Assembly: GCA_014240165.1 (NCBI GenBank)
Contig: JAAZXM010000017.1
Span: forward strand, 2,381-66,380
Length of the DNA: 64,000 bases
DNA from: Myxococcales bacterium
Lineage (GTDB): Bacteria; Myxococcota_A; UBA9160; UBA4427
Direction of reading: 5' to 3'
Shown here: piece by piece, positions 1 through 8,800 of the stretch
Layout of the letters: every line of letters starts with the position of its first letter
How positions within the stretch are numbered: position 1 is the stretch's first letter
Made by a program: the position numbers and the translations under genes
Notes under the pieces: generated by a model
Seen by the model: only the letters and a program-made list of their open reading frames with translations
Database searches by the model: none
Told to the model about the DNA's origin: nothing

Positions 1-47
1 CCGAGGCCAAGGGTCAAGACGAGGACCGCGAAAATTACTCTGTGCAT
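1..47 (-). CDS. 5' end of a secreted or membrane protein gene running off the left edge (partial)
   Basis: Reverse complement of 1-47 reads ATG CAC AGA GTA ATT TTC GCG GTC CTC GTC TTG ACC CTT GGC CTC = MHRVIFAVLVLTLGL, a signal-peptide-like N-terminus. Only about 15 codons are visible. Confidence 0.3.
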   Translation of the reverse strand, partial: MHRVIFAVLVLTLGL

Positions 48-222
48 GCGGGTATTCTCGGTCAATTTCGCGCCCCGGTCCAGCGCGGCTCGGTCTCGGT
101 TAATCTTCACCGAAACGAGGCCCTGGCCCGGGAATACGGGTAGGGCCTGGCGCATGGCTGAGCCCTCGCTCACCGTGCTCCGCTTCCAACGTACCTCGTC
201 CTGATCCAACGAAGGAGATGCC

Positions 223-924
223 ATGCAGAGTTCGCCCATGACCGCCCGCGTCGATGATATTGCTGCCGAGCAGCAACGCTTCATGGTGCGTGTCTACAAC
301 TGGATGACCACCGGCCTCGGGATCACCGGGATGGTGGCCTACACCGTGGCGGATACGCCCAGCCTGACGGAAGTGATCTTCGGCAACCCCGTGATCTCCA
401 TCGGTCTGATCATTGCGCAAATCGGCCTGGTCTTCTGGCTGGCTTCGCGGGTGATGCAGATGAGTGTGCAACAGGCGACGGGAATCTTTCTGCTCTATGC
501 CGCGCTCACGGGAGTCACCTTCTCGGCGGTCTTCCTTACCTATACCGCCTCTTCGATCACATCTACGTTTCTCGTGACGGCGGGAACCTTTGGCGCCATG
601 AGCTTCTATGGATACACAACGAAGAAGGACCTCACGTCGTGGGGAAGCTTTCTCTTCATGGGGCTGATGGGAATCATCATCGCATCGCTGGTGAATATGT
701 TCCTTCAGAGCGAAGCGATGAGCTGGGTCATCACGTATGCGGGCGTGCTGATCTTCGTGGGGCTCACTGCGTACGACACCCAGAAGATCAAGGAGATGAA
801 TATCCTCGGTAACGAGGGCACCGATGAAGACACCAAGGAGGCGATTCGCGGTGCGCTTTCCCTCTATCTGGACTTCATCAATCTCTTCTTGATGCTGCTG
901 CGAATCATGGGCGACAGGCGCTAG
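223..924 (+). CDS. Bax inhibitor-1/YccA (UPF0005) family inner-membrane protein
   Basis: ATG preceded by AAGGAG. 233 aa with about 7 hydrophobic helices. Family-typical N-terminus (EQQRFMVRVYNWM) and C-terminus (YDTQKIKE...SLYLDFINLFLMLLRI). Confidence 0.9.
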   Translation: MQSSPMTARVDDIAAEQQRFMVRVYNWMTTGLGITGMVAYTVADTPSLTEVIFGNPVISIGLIIAQIGLVFWLASRVMQMSVQQATGIFLLYAALTGVTFSAVFLTYTASSITSTFLVTAGTFGAMSFYGYTTKKDLTSWGSFLFMGLMGIIIASLVNMFLQSEAMSWVITYAGVLIFVGLTAYDTQKIKEMNILGNEGTDEDTKEAIRGALSLYLDFINLFLMLLRIMGDRR

Positions 925-941
925 CCAGGAACCCAGGATGA

Positions 942-967
942 CCGCAGAGTCGCGCTCGACTCTGCGG
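942..967 (+). terminator. Candidate rho-independent terminator after the BI-1 gene
   Basis: Perfect 11-bp stem CCGCAGAGTCG/CGACTCTGCGG with 4-nt loop, followed by the T-rich CTTCCTTGTT. The weak U-tract lowers confidence. Confidence 0.5.
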
Positions 968-1091
968 CTTCCTTGTTCAAGGCGAGCGCCTCGACTAGAG
1001 TCTCTTGATCGCCTGCGAGAACTCGCGGGTTGGGGGGCGTGGTGCGAAAGCACCGGCCTGAACCCTGAACTCAACGAGACAGGAAGCCGAA

Positions 1092-2783
1092 ATGAGTGAA
1101 ATCGAACGTGAAAGCATGGAGGTCGATGTCCTTTACGTGGGCGCCGGCCCGGCGAATTTGTCTTCCGCCTATCACCTCATGAAGCAGGTAGAGGCCTACA
1201 ACGCAACAGCGGAAGCTGAGGGCCGCGAACCCATGGAGCCGCCGGTCATTCTGGTGATCGAGAAAGCGGCGGGCGTGGGAGATCACCAGCTTTCGGGTGC
1301 TGTCATCAACACGGCCGCGTTTGCGGAATTGATGCCCGATTTCATCGAGCAGGGCTTTCCCACGGAATACGTCTGTGACGATGCCCAGTTCATCGCTTTT
1401 ACGATGAAACACACCTTCAAGTCCCCCATCTGTCCGCCCATGTTCCAGAAGAAGGGCTACCACATCGCTTCGCTTTCCAACGTGGCCAAATGGCTGGGCG
1501 AAAAATGTGAAGAGCTGGGCATAGAGATCTACCCCGGCTTTGCTGCTGCCGAGATCCTCACCGATGGAGACAAGATAATCGGTGTCCGGACTGGCGATAT
1601 GGGGATCGATAAGTCGGGTGAGGCCAAGCCGACGTTCCAGCCCGGCATGGACATCATGGCCAAGGTGACCGTGCTCGGTGAGGGCGTGCGCGGCACCTTG
1701 ACGGAAAAGATCATCAAGAAACTCGGAATGCAGGGCGAGCACCCCCAGGCCTTCAAGACGGGAATCAAGGAGATCTGGCGGGTCAAGCCGGAGAACCACA
1801 AGCCGGGCCGCGTCATTCACGGCAGCCTTTTCCCCGACGCTTTCAAGTCGCTGGACGGAATGTGGCTCTATGACATGAAGGACAACCTTGTCTCCTTCGG
1901 TTACGTGACCTCGCTCAGCGCAAAGAACCCGAATAACGATCCGCACCTGAACGCCCAGCGTTTCAAGACCACCCCGTTCATGCGCAAGCTCTTGGAAGGC
2001 GGGGAATTGGTTCGCTACGGGGCGAAATGCGTACCGATGGGAGGGCTCTACTCCCAGCCCAAGCTCTATGCGGACGGCCTGCTCCTGGTGGGCGACGGCG
2101 CGGGCATGTTGAACCCGATGAAGCTTGCGGGGGTGCACCTGGCGGTGAAGACCGGAATGCTGGCCGCCGACGCCATTTTGGGTGCGCTTGCCTCGAGTGA
2201 TTTCTCTGCGGCGAAGCTGGGCGACTACGCCGAGGGCTATAGGAGCAGTTGGGCCTATCAGGAGCATATGGAGGCTCGGAATTTCGAGGGCTCGGCTGAT
2301 CTATCCCCGCTCTTTGCCTTCATGAATATTCCCCTGATGTTGATCAGCGGCGGTCGCGGGCTGTTGGCCAAGGTTCCGGTTCATGCCCCCTATACCGCCA
2401 TGAAGAAGATCTGGGAGCTGCCGCTCTCGGAAAGGTCCAAGGTGGAGTTCGAGTTCGACGGGAAACTCACTTTCAGCAAGGAACACCTGGTGGGTTTCAG
2501 CGGAACGCAACACGAGGCGGACCAGCCTTCTCATCTCCAGGTGGCGGATCGGGACGTCTGCGCCACGGCCTGCGCGCGGGATTACGGCAACCCCTGCGAG
2601 AATTTCTGCCCTGCGGCGGTCTATGAGATGGTGGAGGATCCGGATAACGCGGGATCCAAGAAACTCTTCATTCACCACGAGAATTGTGTCCACTGCAAGA
2701 CCTGCGATATTGCCGACCCCTACCAGATCATTACCTGGACGCCGCCCGAGGGCGGAGAGGGCCCCGATTACACCCAGATGTGA
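1092..2783 (+). CDS. Electron-transfer flavoprotein:ubiquinone oxidoreductase (ETF-QO)
   Basis: N-terminal FAD fold VLYVGAGPANL. C-terminal 4Fe-4S/UQ module ...NCVHCKTCDIADPYQIITWTPPEGGEGPDY. 563 aa. RBS AGGAAG upstream. Confidence 0.93.
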   Translation: MSEIERESMEVDVLYVGAGPANLSSAYHLMKQVEAYNATAEAEGREPMEPPVILVIEKAAGVGDHQLSGAVINTAAFAELMPDFIEQGFPTEYVCDDAQFIAFTMKHTFKSPICPPMFQKKGYHIASLSNVAKWLGEKCEELGIEIYPGFAAAEILTDGDKIIGVRTGDMGIDKSGEAKPTFQPGMDIMAKVTVLGEGVRGTLTEKIIKKLGMQGEHPQAFKTGIKEIWRVKPENHKPGRVIHGSLFPDAFKSLDGMWLYDMKDNLVSFGYVTSLSAKNPNNDPHLNAQRFKTTPFMRKLLEGGELVRYGAKCVPMGGLYSQPKLYADGLLLVGDGAGMLNPMKLAGVHLAVKTGMLAADAILGALASSDFSAAKLGDYAEGYRSSWAYQEHMEARNFEGSADLSPLFAFMNIPLMLISGGRGLLAKVPVHAPYTAMKKIWELPLSERSKVEFEFDGKLTFSKEHLVGFSGTQHEADQPSHLQVADRDVCATACARDYGNPCENFCPAAVYEMVEDPDNAGSKKLFIHHENCVHCKTCDIADPYQIITWTPPEGGEGPDYTQM

Positions 2784-2844
2784 ACCGCCGCAGGCCCATG
2801 TCGACCGGGGTGACCCAAGCGTTGGCCTGCGGATGGCCTGACCC

Positions 2845-4149
2845 ATGAGCAAGCGAGCGCGCAGGACACGTCCACCGAAGGCATCTCTGGGGATCGCTCC
2901 CTCGGATTGGGCCGCCGTGGGCGTCTGTCTTTTCGTGCTCGGCTTCGCGGCGCCGATTCCCAGCCAACTGCCGCTCCTGGCCCTGGTGGGCGGAGCGCTG
3001 CTCGGCGCCTTCCTGGACAAGAGCCCTCGGCAGGGCGCGCTCCCCAAGCCCTTCATGGCAGCGACTGTTCTCTTCCTTGTGCTGATGGCGTTGTCGATCT
3101 TTTTTTCGGATGACCGTGCGCGGAGCCTCGAACTCAGTGCCGCGTGGGTTCCGGCCGGGCTTCTCTTCGTCGTGCTCAGCGAGCGCCTTCGTTCGCCCGC
3201 GCATATCCGTGCGGTCTACGCGAGTTTTTCTTTCGTGGCCCTCTACCTCTCGGTGGCGCTGCTGGCGGGTCGCTGGTTTTACGGAGCCAATCCCCATGCG
3301 TGGTTGTCGACCCTGGGGTTGCCGGTGCTCGTTGTGCCCAACGATTGCCATTTTCTCGCCCTGTTGACTCCGCTGTCGCTGATTCTGATCGATCGCCAGC
3401 CGCGCACCGCCCTTGGCCTCATGGCTCTCGTCTCGATTGGGCTGACGGGGTTCGCCATTCTCGCCTTGGGAAGCCGGGGGGCCGCGCTGACCCTGGTGGT
3501 CTGCCTGGTCGGCACCGGGACGCTCCTGCGGCCCCGACTCGGCCTGGGGCTCGGCCTCGGAGCATTCGGGATCATCGCGGTGGGGGACGCCGCCCTGGGC
3601 TTTCCCCTGGCGTCGAAGTTCACCCATGTCGTGGATACGCGGATTTCTCTCTGGATTATCGCCTGGGAGATGTTCCTCGACGCGCCCTGGATGGGGCATG
3701 GTCCCCACACCTATCGGACGCTCTATACCGCCTATTTCGAGGCCGCCGATTTTCCGAGCTGGGTGCGCCCAGATCCTTGGGGGACGGAGGTGCCCTGGGC
3801 CCACAACCTCTATCTCGAATTGCTCGCTGAGCGCGGAATCATTGGCTTTTTCTCTTTCATGGGGATGGTCGGGATGGGGGCCTTTTATGCCCTCAGAGTC
3901 CGCCAGGAGGGCTCCGGAGAGCTCTCTGCGCTGGCGTCCGGCACAATCGGGGTGCTGGCGGGCCTGGGGCTCTCTGGAGTGTTCGAGGCCAGCCTGCTGC
4001 GGATCTGGCTCGTGGTCCTGCTGCTGGTGGTATTGGGGATCATCGCCCAGCTCGCAGTTCTGATGGGGGCGGAATCCGTGGAGGCTAAAACCGCGTCGGG
4101 GGGGAGCACCCTCACGAAGGCGGCGCAAAAACGCGTCAGGGCTCCTTGA
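2845..4149 (+). CDS. O-antigen ligase/polymerase family (Wzy_C-like) polytopic membrane protein
   Basis: About 10-12 TM helices. Family-like motifs LALGSRGAALTLVV and WMGHGPHTYRTLY in a periplasmic loop. Confidence 0.75.
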   Translation: MSKRARRTRPPKASLGIAPSDWAAVGVCLFVLGFAAPIPSQLPLLALVGGALLGAFLDKSPRQGALPKPFMAATVLFLVLMALSIFFSDDRARSLELSAAWVPAGLLFVVLSERLRSPAHIRAVYASFSFVALYLSVALLAGRWFYGANPHAWLSTLGLPVLVVPNDCHFLALLTPLSLILIDRQPRTALGLMALVSIGLTGFAILALGSRGAALTLVVCLVGTGTLLRPRLGLGLGLGAFGIIAVGDAALGFPLASKFTHVVDTRISLWIIAWEMFLDAPWMGHGPHTYRTLYTAYFEAADFPSWVRPDPWGTEVPWAHNLYLELLAERGIIGFFSFMGMVGMGAFYALRVRQEGSGELSALASGTIGVLAGLGLSGVFEASLLRIWLVVLLLVVLGIIAQLAVLMGAESVEAKTASGGSTLTKAAQKRVRAP

Positions 4150-4298
4150 AAGACGCCTCACGGGTGGCGTAAACTGCCAGCCACTCAATACTTTTGTCGC
4201 GACCCGGCTGCTTTCCGATCAACGGTGGTCACCGGGCGCGTCCAAAATCTCGTTGGTGGGTGACTCAAGTCATCGAATCAACATGGGGGAATTCAAGG

Positions 4299-5453
4299 GT
4301 GTCGACTTCCAAAAGCTCAACCCGCCTCGCTCTTCTTCGGACCATCGTCCCCGCGATGATGGCAATCGGCCTGATGGGTGTGCTTCCCAACTGGGTAACG
4401 ATCGCGGAAGCGCAATCTTATCTTCAGCCGCAGGAAGCCCAGGCGCTGAACGCCAATGTCCTGACAACCGCGTTGGTCAATAAGACGGCGATCGGCTCCG
4501 CGGTTCAGAGCCGCGCTCAGGGACGCACGGGTTCCACTGCTGGCAGCTTCCGGATCGAAGGCGTGCGCATCGGTAACGTCGATCTCAATGGTGCTCTGCC
4601 GTTGTTCGAGGATTCCGCGGCAGGCGGCGACAGCACGGGTCAACTCGGTGGCTTCATCACAGCAGTGGGTGGTTTCGGTGATCAGGAAGGTGCGTTCGAT
4701 TACAGCAACGGCGGACTCATCGGTGGCGTTGACTACCAGTTCAGTGAAGCCCTGATGGGTGGTCTCGCAATCAACTGGATCAATACCGATACCCAATACA
4801 CCGGCTCGGGCAGCGGCGCCGACCGCGATACCTACGGAGCCTCCTTCTACGCGGGCTACACGACGGGTCAGGTGGGCATCGATGCACTCTTCAACTACTC
4901 ATTCAGCGACTACAACATGACGCGTCAGATCGATCCGGCGACTACGGTCACCGGGATCAATAACTCAGACGAAATCTTCCTGAGTGCCGGAGTGATCTAC
5001 GAAGCCGAACTCCTCGGGTGGAATGTAGGCCCCGCGGTGCGGATGGATCTGGTGAAGGTCTGGATGGACGGTTATTCCGAAAGCGGCGGCGCGGCGGGTC
5101 AGAACGCCCAATACGACGCCTTTGATGTGACGTCCTTCACCACCGACGTGGGCGCCGCAGCCTCGTACGATCTCGCCATGACATCAGGCGTGCTCACGAC
5201 GAGTATCGCTGGCTACTGGGTGCACGAGTACCAGAACGATTCGCAGGTGCTCGGGGGCTCGGTGATCGGCGGCGCTGGAACGCCCTTCATCACAGTTCTC
5301 GACTCCCCCGACCGCGACTACATGCGGCTCAATGTGGGGGCGACGCTCCAGCTCAAGACGGGGCTGCAGATCTACGCAGACTACGAGTCCCTGCTGGGCT
5401 TCGACAATATCAGTAGTCATCAGTTCGCAGCCGGGGGGCGCTTCGAGTTCTAG
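4299..5453 (+). CDS. Autotransporter-type outer-membrane beta-barrel protein with very short passenger
   Basis: Likely GTG start at 4299 (GGGGGA 8 nt upstream) giving the signal peptide STSKSSTRLALLRTIVPAMMAIGLMGVL...AEA. Alternating beta-strand pattern (FYAGYTTGQVGIDALFNYSFSDYNMTR) and terminal ...GGRFEF aromatic residue. The track ORF begins at 4194. Confidence 0.75.
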   Translation: MSTSKSSTRLALLRTIVPAMMAIGLMGVLPNWVTIAEAQSYLQPQEAQALNANVLTTALVNKTAIGSAVQSRAQGRTGSTAGSFRIEGVRIGNVDLNGALPLFEDSAAGGDSTGQLGGFITAVGGFGDQEGAFDYSNGGLIGGVDYQFSEALMGGLAINWINTDTQYTGSGSGADRDTYGASFYAGYTTGQVGIDALFNYSFSDYNMTRQIDPATTVTGINNSDEIFLSAGVIYEAELLGWNVGPAVRMDLVKVWMDGYSESGGAAGQNAQYDAFDVTSFTTDVGAAASYDLAMTSGVLTTSIAGYWVHEYQNDSQVLGGSVIGGAGTPFITVLDSPDRDYMRLNVGATLQLKTGLQIYADYESLLGFDNISSHQFAAGGRFEF

Positions 5454-5500
5454 CCCCTTCCTTTGAGGCCGCTCGCGGCTTCAGGCGATGAGAAAGCTCA

Positions 5501-5541
5501 AGACGCCCGTTCGCATCAGCGAGCGGGCGTCTTTACTTTTG
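5501..5541. terminator. Bidirectional rho-independent terminator between convergent genes
   Basis: 14-bp stem AGACGCCCGTTCGC/GCGAGCGGGCGTCT (one G-U), loop ATCA, then TTACTTTTG. Sits between the stop at 5453 (+) and the stop at 5533 (-). Confidence 0.6.
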
Positions 5542-6363
5542 TGGAGCCCCGGTCGCCGAAGCGACTTCATCCAGGACCCCGGGCCAGATCGTCGCCCAGC
5601 AACAGCCGTGGTCGAAATCCGGATAGATCCGGGTGATGGCATTGGGCTGCCGGTGGATGGCGTCCCGGGTCAAGGTGGGGGGGACGCGCAGGTCCCGGCC
5701 GGCCAGCAGGTGAATCTGGATCACCGATGGCGAGAGCGGCGGCCGCTGAGCGGGGTCGAGGGATTCGATCAGGGGCGTGTAGCCGTGGTGGTCTGCCCAG
5801 CGTGTCGTGTCGAGGTTGCCCGCCAGGGTGATCACCGCCCGGGTTTCAGGGATCCGCTCGGCCATGAGCATGGCCAGGGCGCCGCCTCCGCTATGTCCTA
5901 TCAAGACCACGCCCGTAGCACCGGAAGCCATGCGTTCCGTCTCCAGAACGGCTACGAGGCTCGCTACGACATCTTCTCCGTAGCGTCCCACCGTCCAGGT
6001 CGATGGATCGCACGGGACCTCCGCTGCGTGCTGGCAGGGGCGTCCCAGCAGGACGCTTGGGGCGGGGTCAAGGGCCATCAGGCCCAGCATGATGGGTCGG
6101 TGGGGCGTGGGGTCAGGAGGCGAGTAGCGACTGGCTATGCGCGGGGAGGCGTCCCCTTCCAGGTAGACATGGAGCAGATCGGATTCGGCTCTTCCCTGGG
6201 ATCGGTAGACGTTCTGGCGGAAGCCCAGCCCTTGGACGACCTCGACGGAGAAGCCCAGATCTTCGGCCTGTCGGTCGAAACGCTGGCTGGGGGTGGCACA
6301 TGCCGAGAAGCCGGCGACTGTAATGGCCGAGAGAAATGCCGCACGGAATCGGGGCTGATCCAC
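5533..6363 (-). CDS. Alpha/beta-hydrolase fold lipoprotein
   Basis: Lipobox ...VAGFSAC. Nucleophile elbow GHSGGG (VVLIGHSGGGALAM). 276 aa. Confidence 0.8.
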   Translation of the reverse strand: MDQPRFRAAFLSAITVAGFSACATPSQRFDRQAEDLGFSVEVVQGLGFRQNVYRSQGRAESDLLHVYLEGDASPRIASRYSPPDPTPHRPIMLGLMALDPAPSVLLGRPCQHAAEVPCDPSTWTVGRYGEDVVASLVAVLETERMASGATGVVLIGHSGGGALAMLMAERIPETRAVITLAGNLDTTRWADHHGYTPLIESLDPAQRPPLSPSVIQIHLLAGRDLRVPPTLTRDAIHRQPNAITRIYPDFDHGCCWATIWPGVLDEVASATGAPQK

Positions 6364-6419
6364 CGTCTGAGGGTGTGGGAACGTAAAAGGGCTGGCAAGT
6401 GCCCAGGCCCTTTCTCAGG

Positions 6420-6872
6420 TCAATACTCGGGAACGTAGATTTCGCACGCGGCCTGATGCCCCCCGGCGAAGACCAGGAGCCGACCCAGGGCGATGTACTG
6501 GCCGATCATCAGCCCGAGTTCGGCGATTTCCGCCGGGCTGAAATGTTCGCCGAGTTCGGCCCGGAAGGCGGCATCGGCTGAGCGAAAGTCCAGCGCCACC
6601 TTTTCGGCAAAGCGAACGGCCAGCGCGTCACGGGGTTCGAGGCTGCGTTCGGCCTCAGGAAGGTGAATCTGCGCGATGGTTTCCTCGTCGAGTCCTTGAC
6701 GCGTCGCCGACGCGTAGCGTGCGAAGAGTCAGGTATCGCATTGGTTGAGCGCGGCGACTTTAAGCCGAGCCAGTTCCTTGATGCGCGCGGGGACCACGCC
6801 CTCATTATGTCCCTGTGCGAAGAAAGTGAAGAAGCGCTCGAAATGATCGGGGATGAGCTCCAAAAGATTCAT
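6420..6872 (-). CDS. AhpD-core / carboxymuconolactone decarboxylase family protein with in-frame UGA (probable selenocysteine, CxxU)
   Basis: ATG at 6872 with GGAGGG 6 nt upstream. The frame reads MNLLELIPDHF...KVAALNQCDT-UGA(6729-6731)-LFARYASATRQGLDEETIAQI...GHQAACEIYVPEY and stops at 6420-6422. The UGA sits at the second Cys position of the family CxxC motif. A hairpin lies 13 nt downstream. The track shows only the 5' 70-codon piece. Confidence 0.7.
6699..6715 (-). promoter_or_regulatory. SECIS-like stem-loop downstream of the in-frame UGA
   Basis: The mRNA reads ACGCGUC-GGC-GACGCGU: a perfect 7-bp stem with a G-containing apical loop about 21-23 nt 3' of the UGA. Confidence 0.55.
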
Positions 6873-6937
6873 CGTCTGCCCTCCATTGGGTTTTCTCTGT
6901 CGTCTGAGTCGCGCGGCTTTGGCGATACGCCGCGCGA

Positions 6938-7372
6938 TCAATCGTTTTCTGGAAGATAAGTCTGGAAGAGTTCGCCCATTTCGGCATCGGAGTGACTCGG
7001 CACCTTGTAATAGGTGCGAATGTTGACGTCGCCGTTGTCCTCGAAGCGATAGGTTTCGATGCTCAGGCCCAGTTGCTCACGCCCCCCGGACGTAAAGCGG
7101 TTCTCCAGGAGCCACGCAACCTCGTTGGCGCAGATGAAGAGGGAGCCGGGAGCAAAGCGGAAGTTCACGCTGGGTTGAAAGAGATCCCAGGAGTCGGCGC
7201 AGCAGAGTTGGAAGCCGACTTTTTCCGGCGTCCCCACCGGGTCGAGCATCCGAAACTCGCCTTTACCCACCGTGCGCCAGTTTGCGACCCAGGCGTCTTT
7301 GTCGCCGGCGTTCCAGAGTTTGGGGTAATTGTCCGCCCAATTCTTGAGCTCATCGAAGCTGGGGTAGGGCAC
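6938..7372 (-). CDS. SnoaL/NTF2-like small protein
   Basis: 144 aa, cytoplasmic, with the alpha+beta cone-like pattern (...LWNAGDKDAWVANW...VAWLLENRF...ETYRFEDNGDVNIRTYY). Call is by pattern only. Confidence 0.6.
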   Translation of the reverse strand: MPYPSFDELKNWADNYPKLWNAGDKDAWVANWRTVGKGEFRMLDPVGTPEKVGFQLCCADSWDLFQPSVNFRFAPGSLFICANEVAWLLENRFTSGGREQLGLSIETYRFEDNGDVNIRTYYKVPSHSDAEMGELFQTYLPEND

Positions 7373-7454
7373 CTGTCTTCCTCCTTTGGATTCAGCGATG
7401 GGTATCGCAAGAAATTTACTCGAATCCTGGAGCGAAGCCTATCTCGGGAGAGGC

Positions 7455-8456
7455 CTATCTCCCGGCTGTGCCGAATCGCGGCGGCGGCAGGATCATCTCC
7501 ACCTGGACGAAAAACCCCTGGTGGCTGACGCCGCCCTGGCCGTCCTCTGCGGCGATCCTGACCGGGTGCTCGCCCGAATTTTCGAGCGTGGCCTGCCAAC
7601 GCAACTCGCCGCTCTCGGCATCCAGGCTCATCCCCTTGGGCCCTTCTTCGAGTACGTAGCGGAGGGGGTCGTCATCTCGATCCGTGGCCTGAACGACGTA
7701 CACGAAGAGGCCAGACTCGTCCATGGACGGCGGGCGAGAGACGATCTCGGGGGGAGAGTTGCCGACACTGAAGGGGGCACTGGTGAGGGGAACGCTTTCG
7801 CTGGCGCCATCCGAAGCCCAAGCCTCGAGTTGGATCCGATCCCCTTTGCGCGACCGTCCGCGATCCAGGGAAGCGCCGCGTTCTCCCGAGGCTTGGCCGT
7901 TGATGATCCAGTTGTAGCGGTAGGAAAGGCGGTCTCCATCCGGGTCGTCCGCCACGGGCTTGCCCAGCCAGCGGCCCAGGGGGTCGCTCTCGCTATCCGC
8001 TGTCTGGATATTCACTTCTCTCATGGTCGGCCGACGATTGGCGATCCGGACGGCCAACTGGAAGGGCTGGGAATCCGCCTGGCCATCGCTGGCGATCACC
8101 TCCAGCGAGATGGAGTCGCCTTTTCGAGCCGAGGCGGGGACATCGAAGCTTCCGCCCGCGCTTTCTGCGGGCTGCCCTCTCAGGGACCAGCGGTAGAGGA
8201 GATGAATCGGATCGCCATCGGGGTCGAGGGCTTCGACGTGGGCGCGAAGGGTCCTGCCGGGCAATACATGATGGGGCTTGAACTCAACTGACCGTATCGT
8301 CGGCGGCCTGTTGTCGGCATCCGGGTCCATGCTCGCGCGTCCCGAAAGCGATCCGCCACTGGGTGTGCCTGTGGGCGAGTCTCCGCAGCCCGAAAGGAAA
8401 CCCAGGCACGAAAAGAGCACCGCGAGCGCCACTACGCGTGAGGGCGCTCTTCGCAC
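7455..8456 (-). CDS. Lipoprotein with three Ig/cadherin-like repeats, last gene of the pilus minor-pilin operon
   Basis: GTG start overlaps the upstream stop (TAGTG). Lipobox FLSGC. Three roughly 95-aa repeats each carry DPDGDP/DPDGDR/DRDDDP plus L(R/S)Y(R/V) motifs. Confidence 0.7.
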   Translation of the reverse strand: MRRAPSRVVALAVLFSCLGFLSGCGDSPTGTPSGGSLSGRASMDPDADNRPPTIRSVEFKPHHVLPGRTLRAHVEALDPDGDPIHLLYRWSLRGQPAESAGGSFDVPASARKGDSISLEVIASDGQADSQPFQLAVRIANRRPTMREVNIQTADSESDPLGRWLGKPVADDPDGDRLSYRYNWIINGQASGERGASLDRGRSRKGDRIQLEAWASDGASESVPLTSAPFSVGNSPPEIVSRPPSMDESGLFVYVVQATDRDDDPLRYVLEEGPKGMSLDAESGELRWQATLENSGEHPVRIAAEDGQGGVSHQGFFVQVEMILPPPRFGTAGR

Positions 8457-8800
8457 TATTCCGCGGCTCCATCCAGAACGGTGATTTTGACCATCTCCCA
8501 GCCAGCCGGCTTCTCGACCGCCTCGAATCGAATGAAGTCGATCTCATTCGTCGCCACCAGATCCTGCTCCGACTGCATCGCACCCCGAAGTTCGGCGAGA
8601 GGCACGAGAGCGCCTGAGGTTCGCCGGGCCTTGCAGCGAATGGGCACGTTATATGTCTCCTGATTGACCGTGATCGTTCGCTCGCCCGCGTTCACCTTGT
8701 CGACGGGTCCGTGGGCGATGCGCTTTTCAAGCGCTGCCGAAAGACTTGCGTCGAAGCAAAGAAGATACGCCATCGCGAGCCAGAAGAGACTTTTCTTCAT
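8456..8800 (-). CDS. Small secreted protein in the PilY2 position
   Basis: ATGA overlap with the pilY1 stop. 114 aa with signal peptide MKKSLFWLAMAYLLCFDASLSA. No recognisable domain. Confidence 0.65.
   Translation of the reverse strand: MKKSLFWLAMAYLLCFDASLSAALEKRIAHGPVDKVNAGERTITVNQETYNVPIRCKARRTSGALVPLAELRGAMQSEQDLVATNEIDFIRFEAVEKPAGWEMVKITVLDGAAE

Noticed and set aside
100-1074. 324-aa minus-strand ORF
   Set aside because: Antisense to the well-supported BI-1/YccA gene. Arg/His/Asp-rich low-complexity translation with no membrane or domain features. A typical high-GC shadow ORF.
1071-2267. 398-aa minus-strand ORF
   Set aside because: Antisense to the ETF-QO gene, which has clear FAD and 4Fe-4S motifs. 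The composition is Arg/His/Leu-rich noise.
2731-4188. 485-aa minus-strand ORF and several + strand ORFs (3110-4063)
   Set aside because: All overlap the O-antigen-ligase-like membrane protein frame, which has coherent TM helices and GC3 bias. The alternatives are Arg/Pro/Gly-rich.
6729-6941. 70-aa ORF taken at face value as a complete small gene, or the locus as a pseudogene
   Set aside because: The ORF stops inside the CxxC motif, and homology-like sequence continues in frame for 102 codons with a SECIS-like hairpin in the right place. Read-through (Sec) explains the data better. The annotated TTG start at 6941 is also inferior to ATG 6872, which has a GGAGGG RBS. A pseudogene cannot be fully excluded without the Sec machinery.
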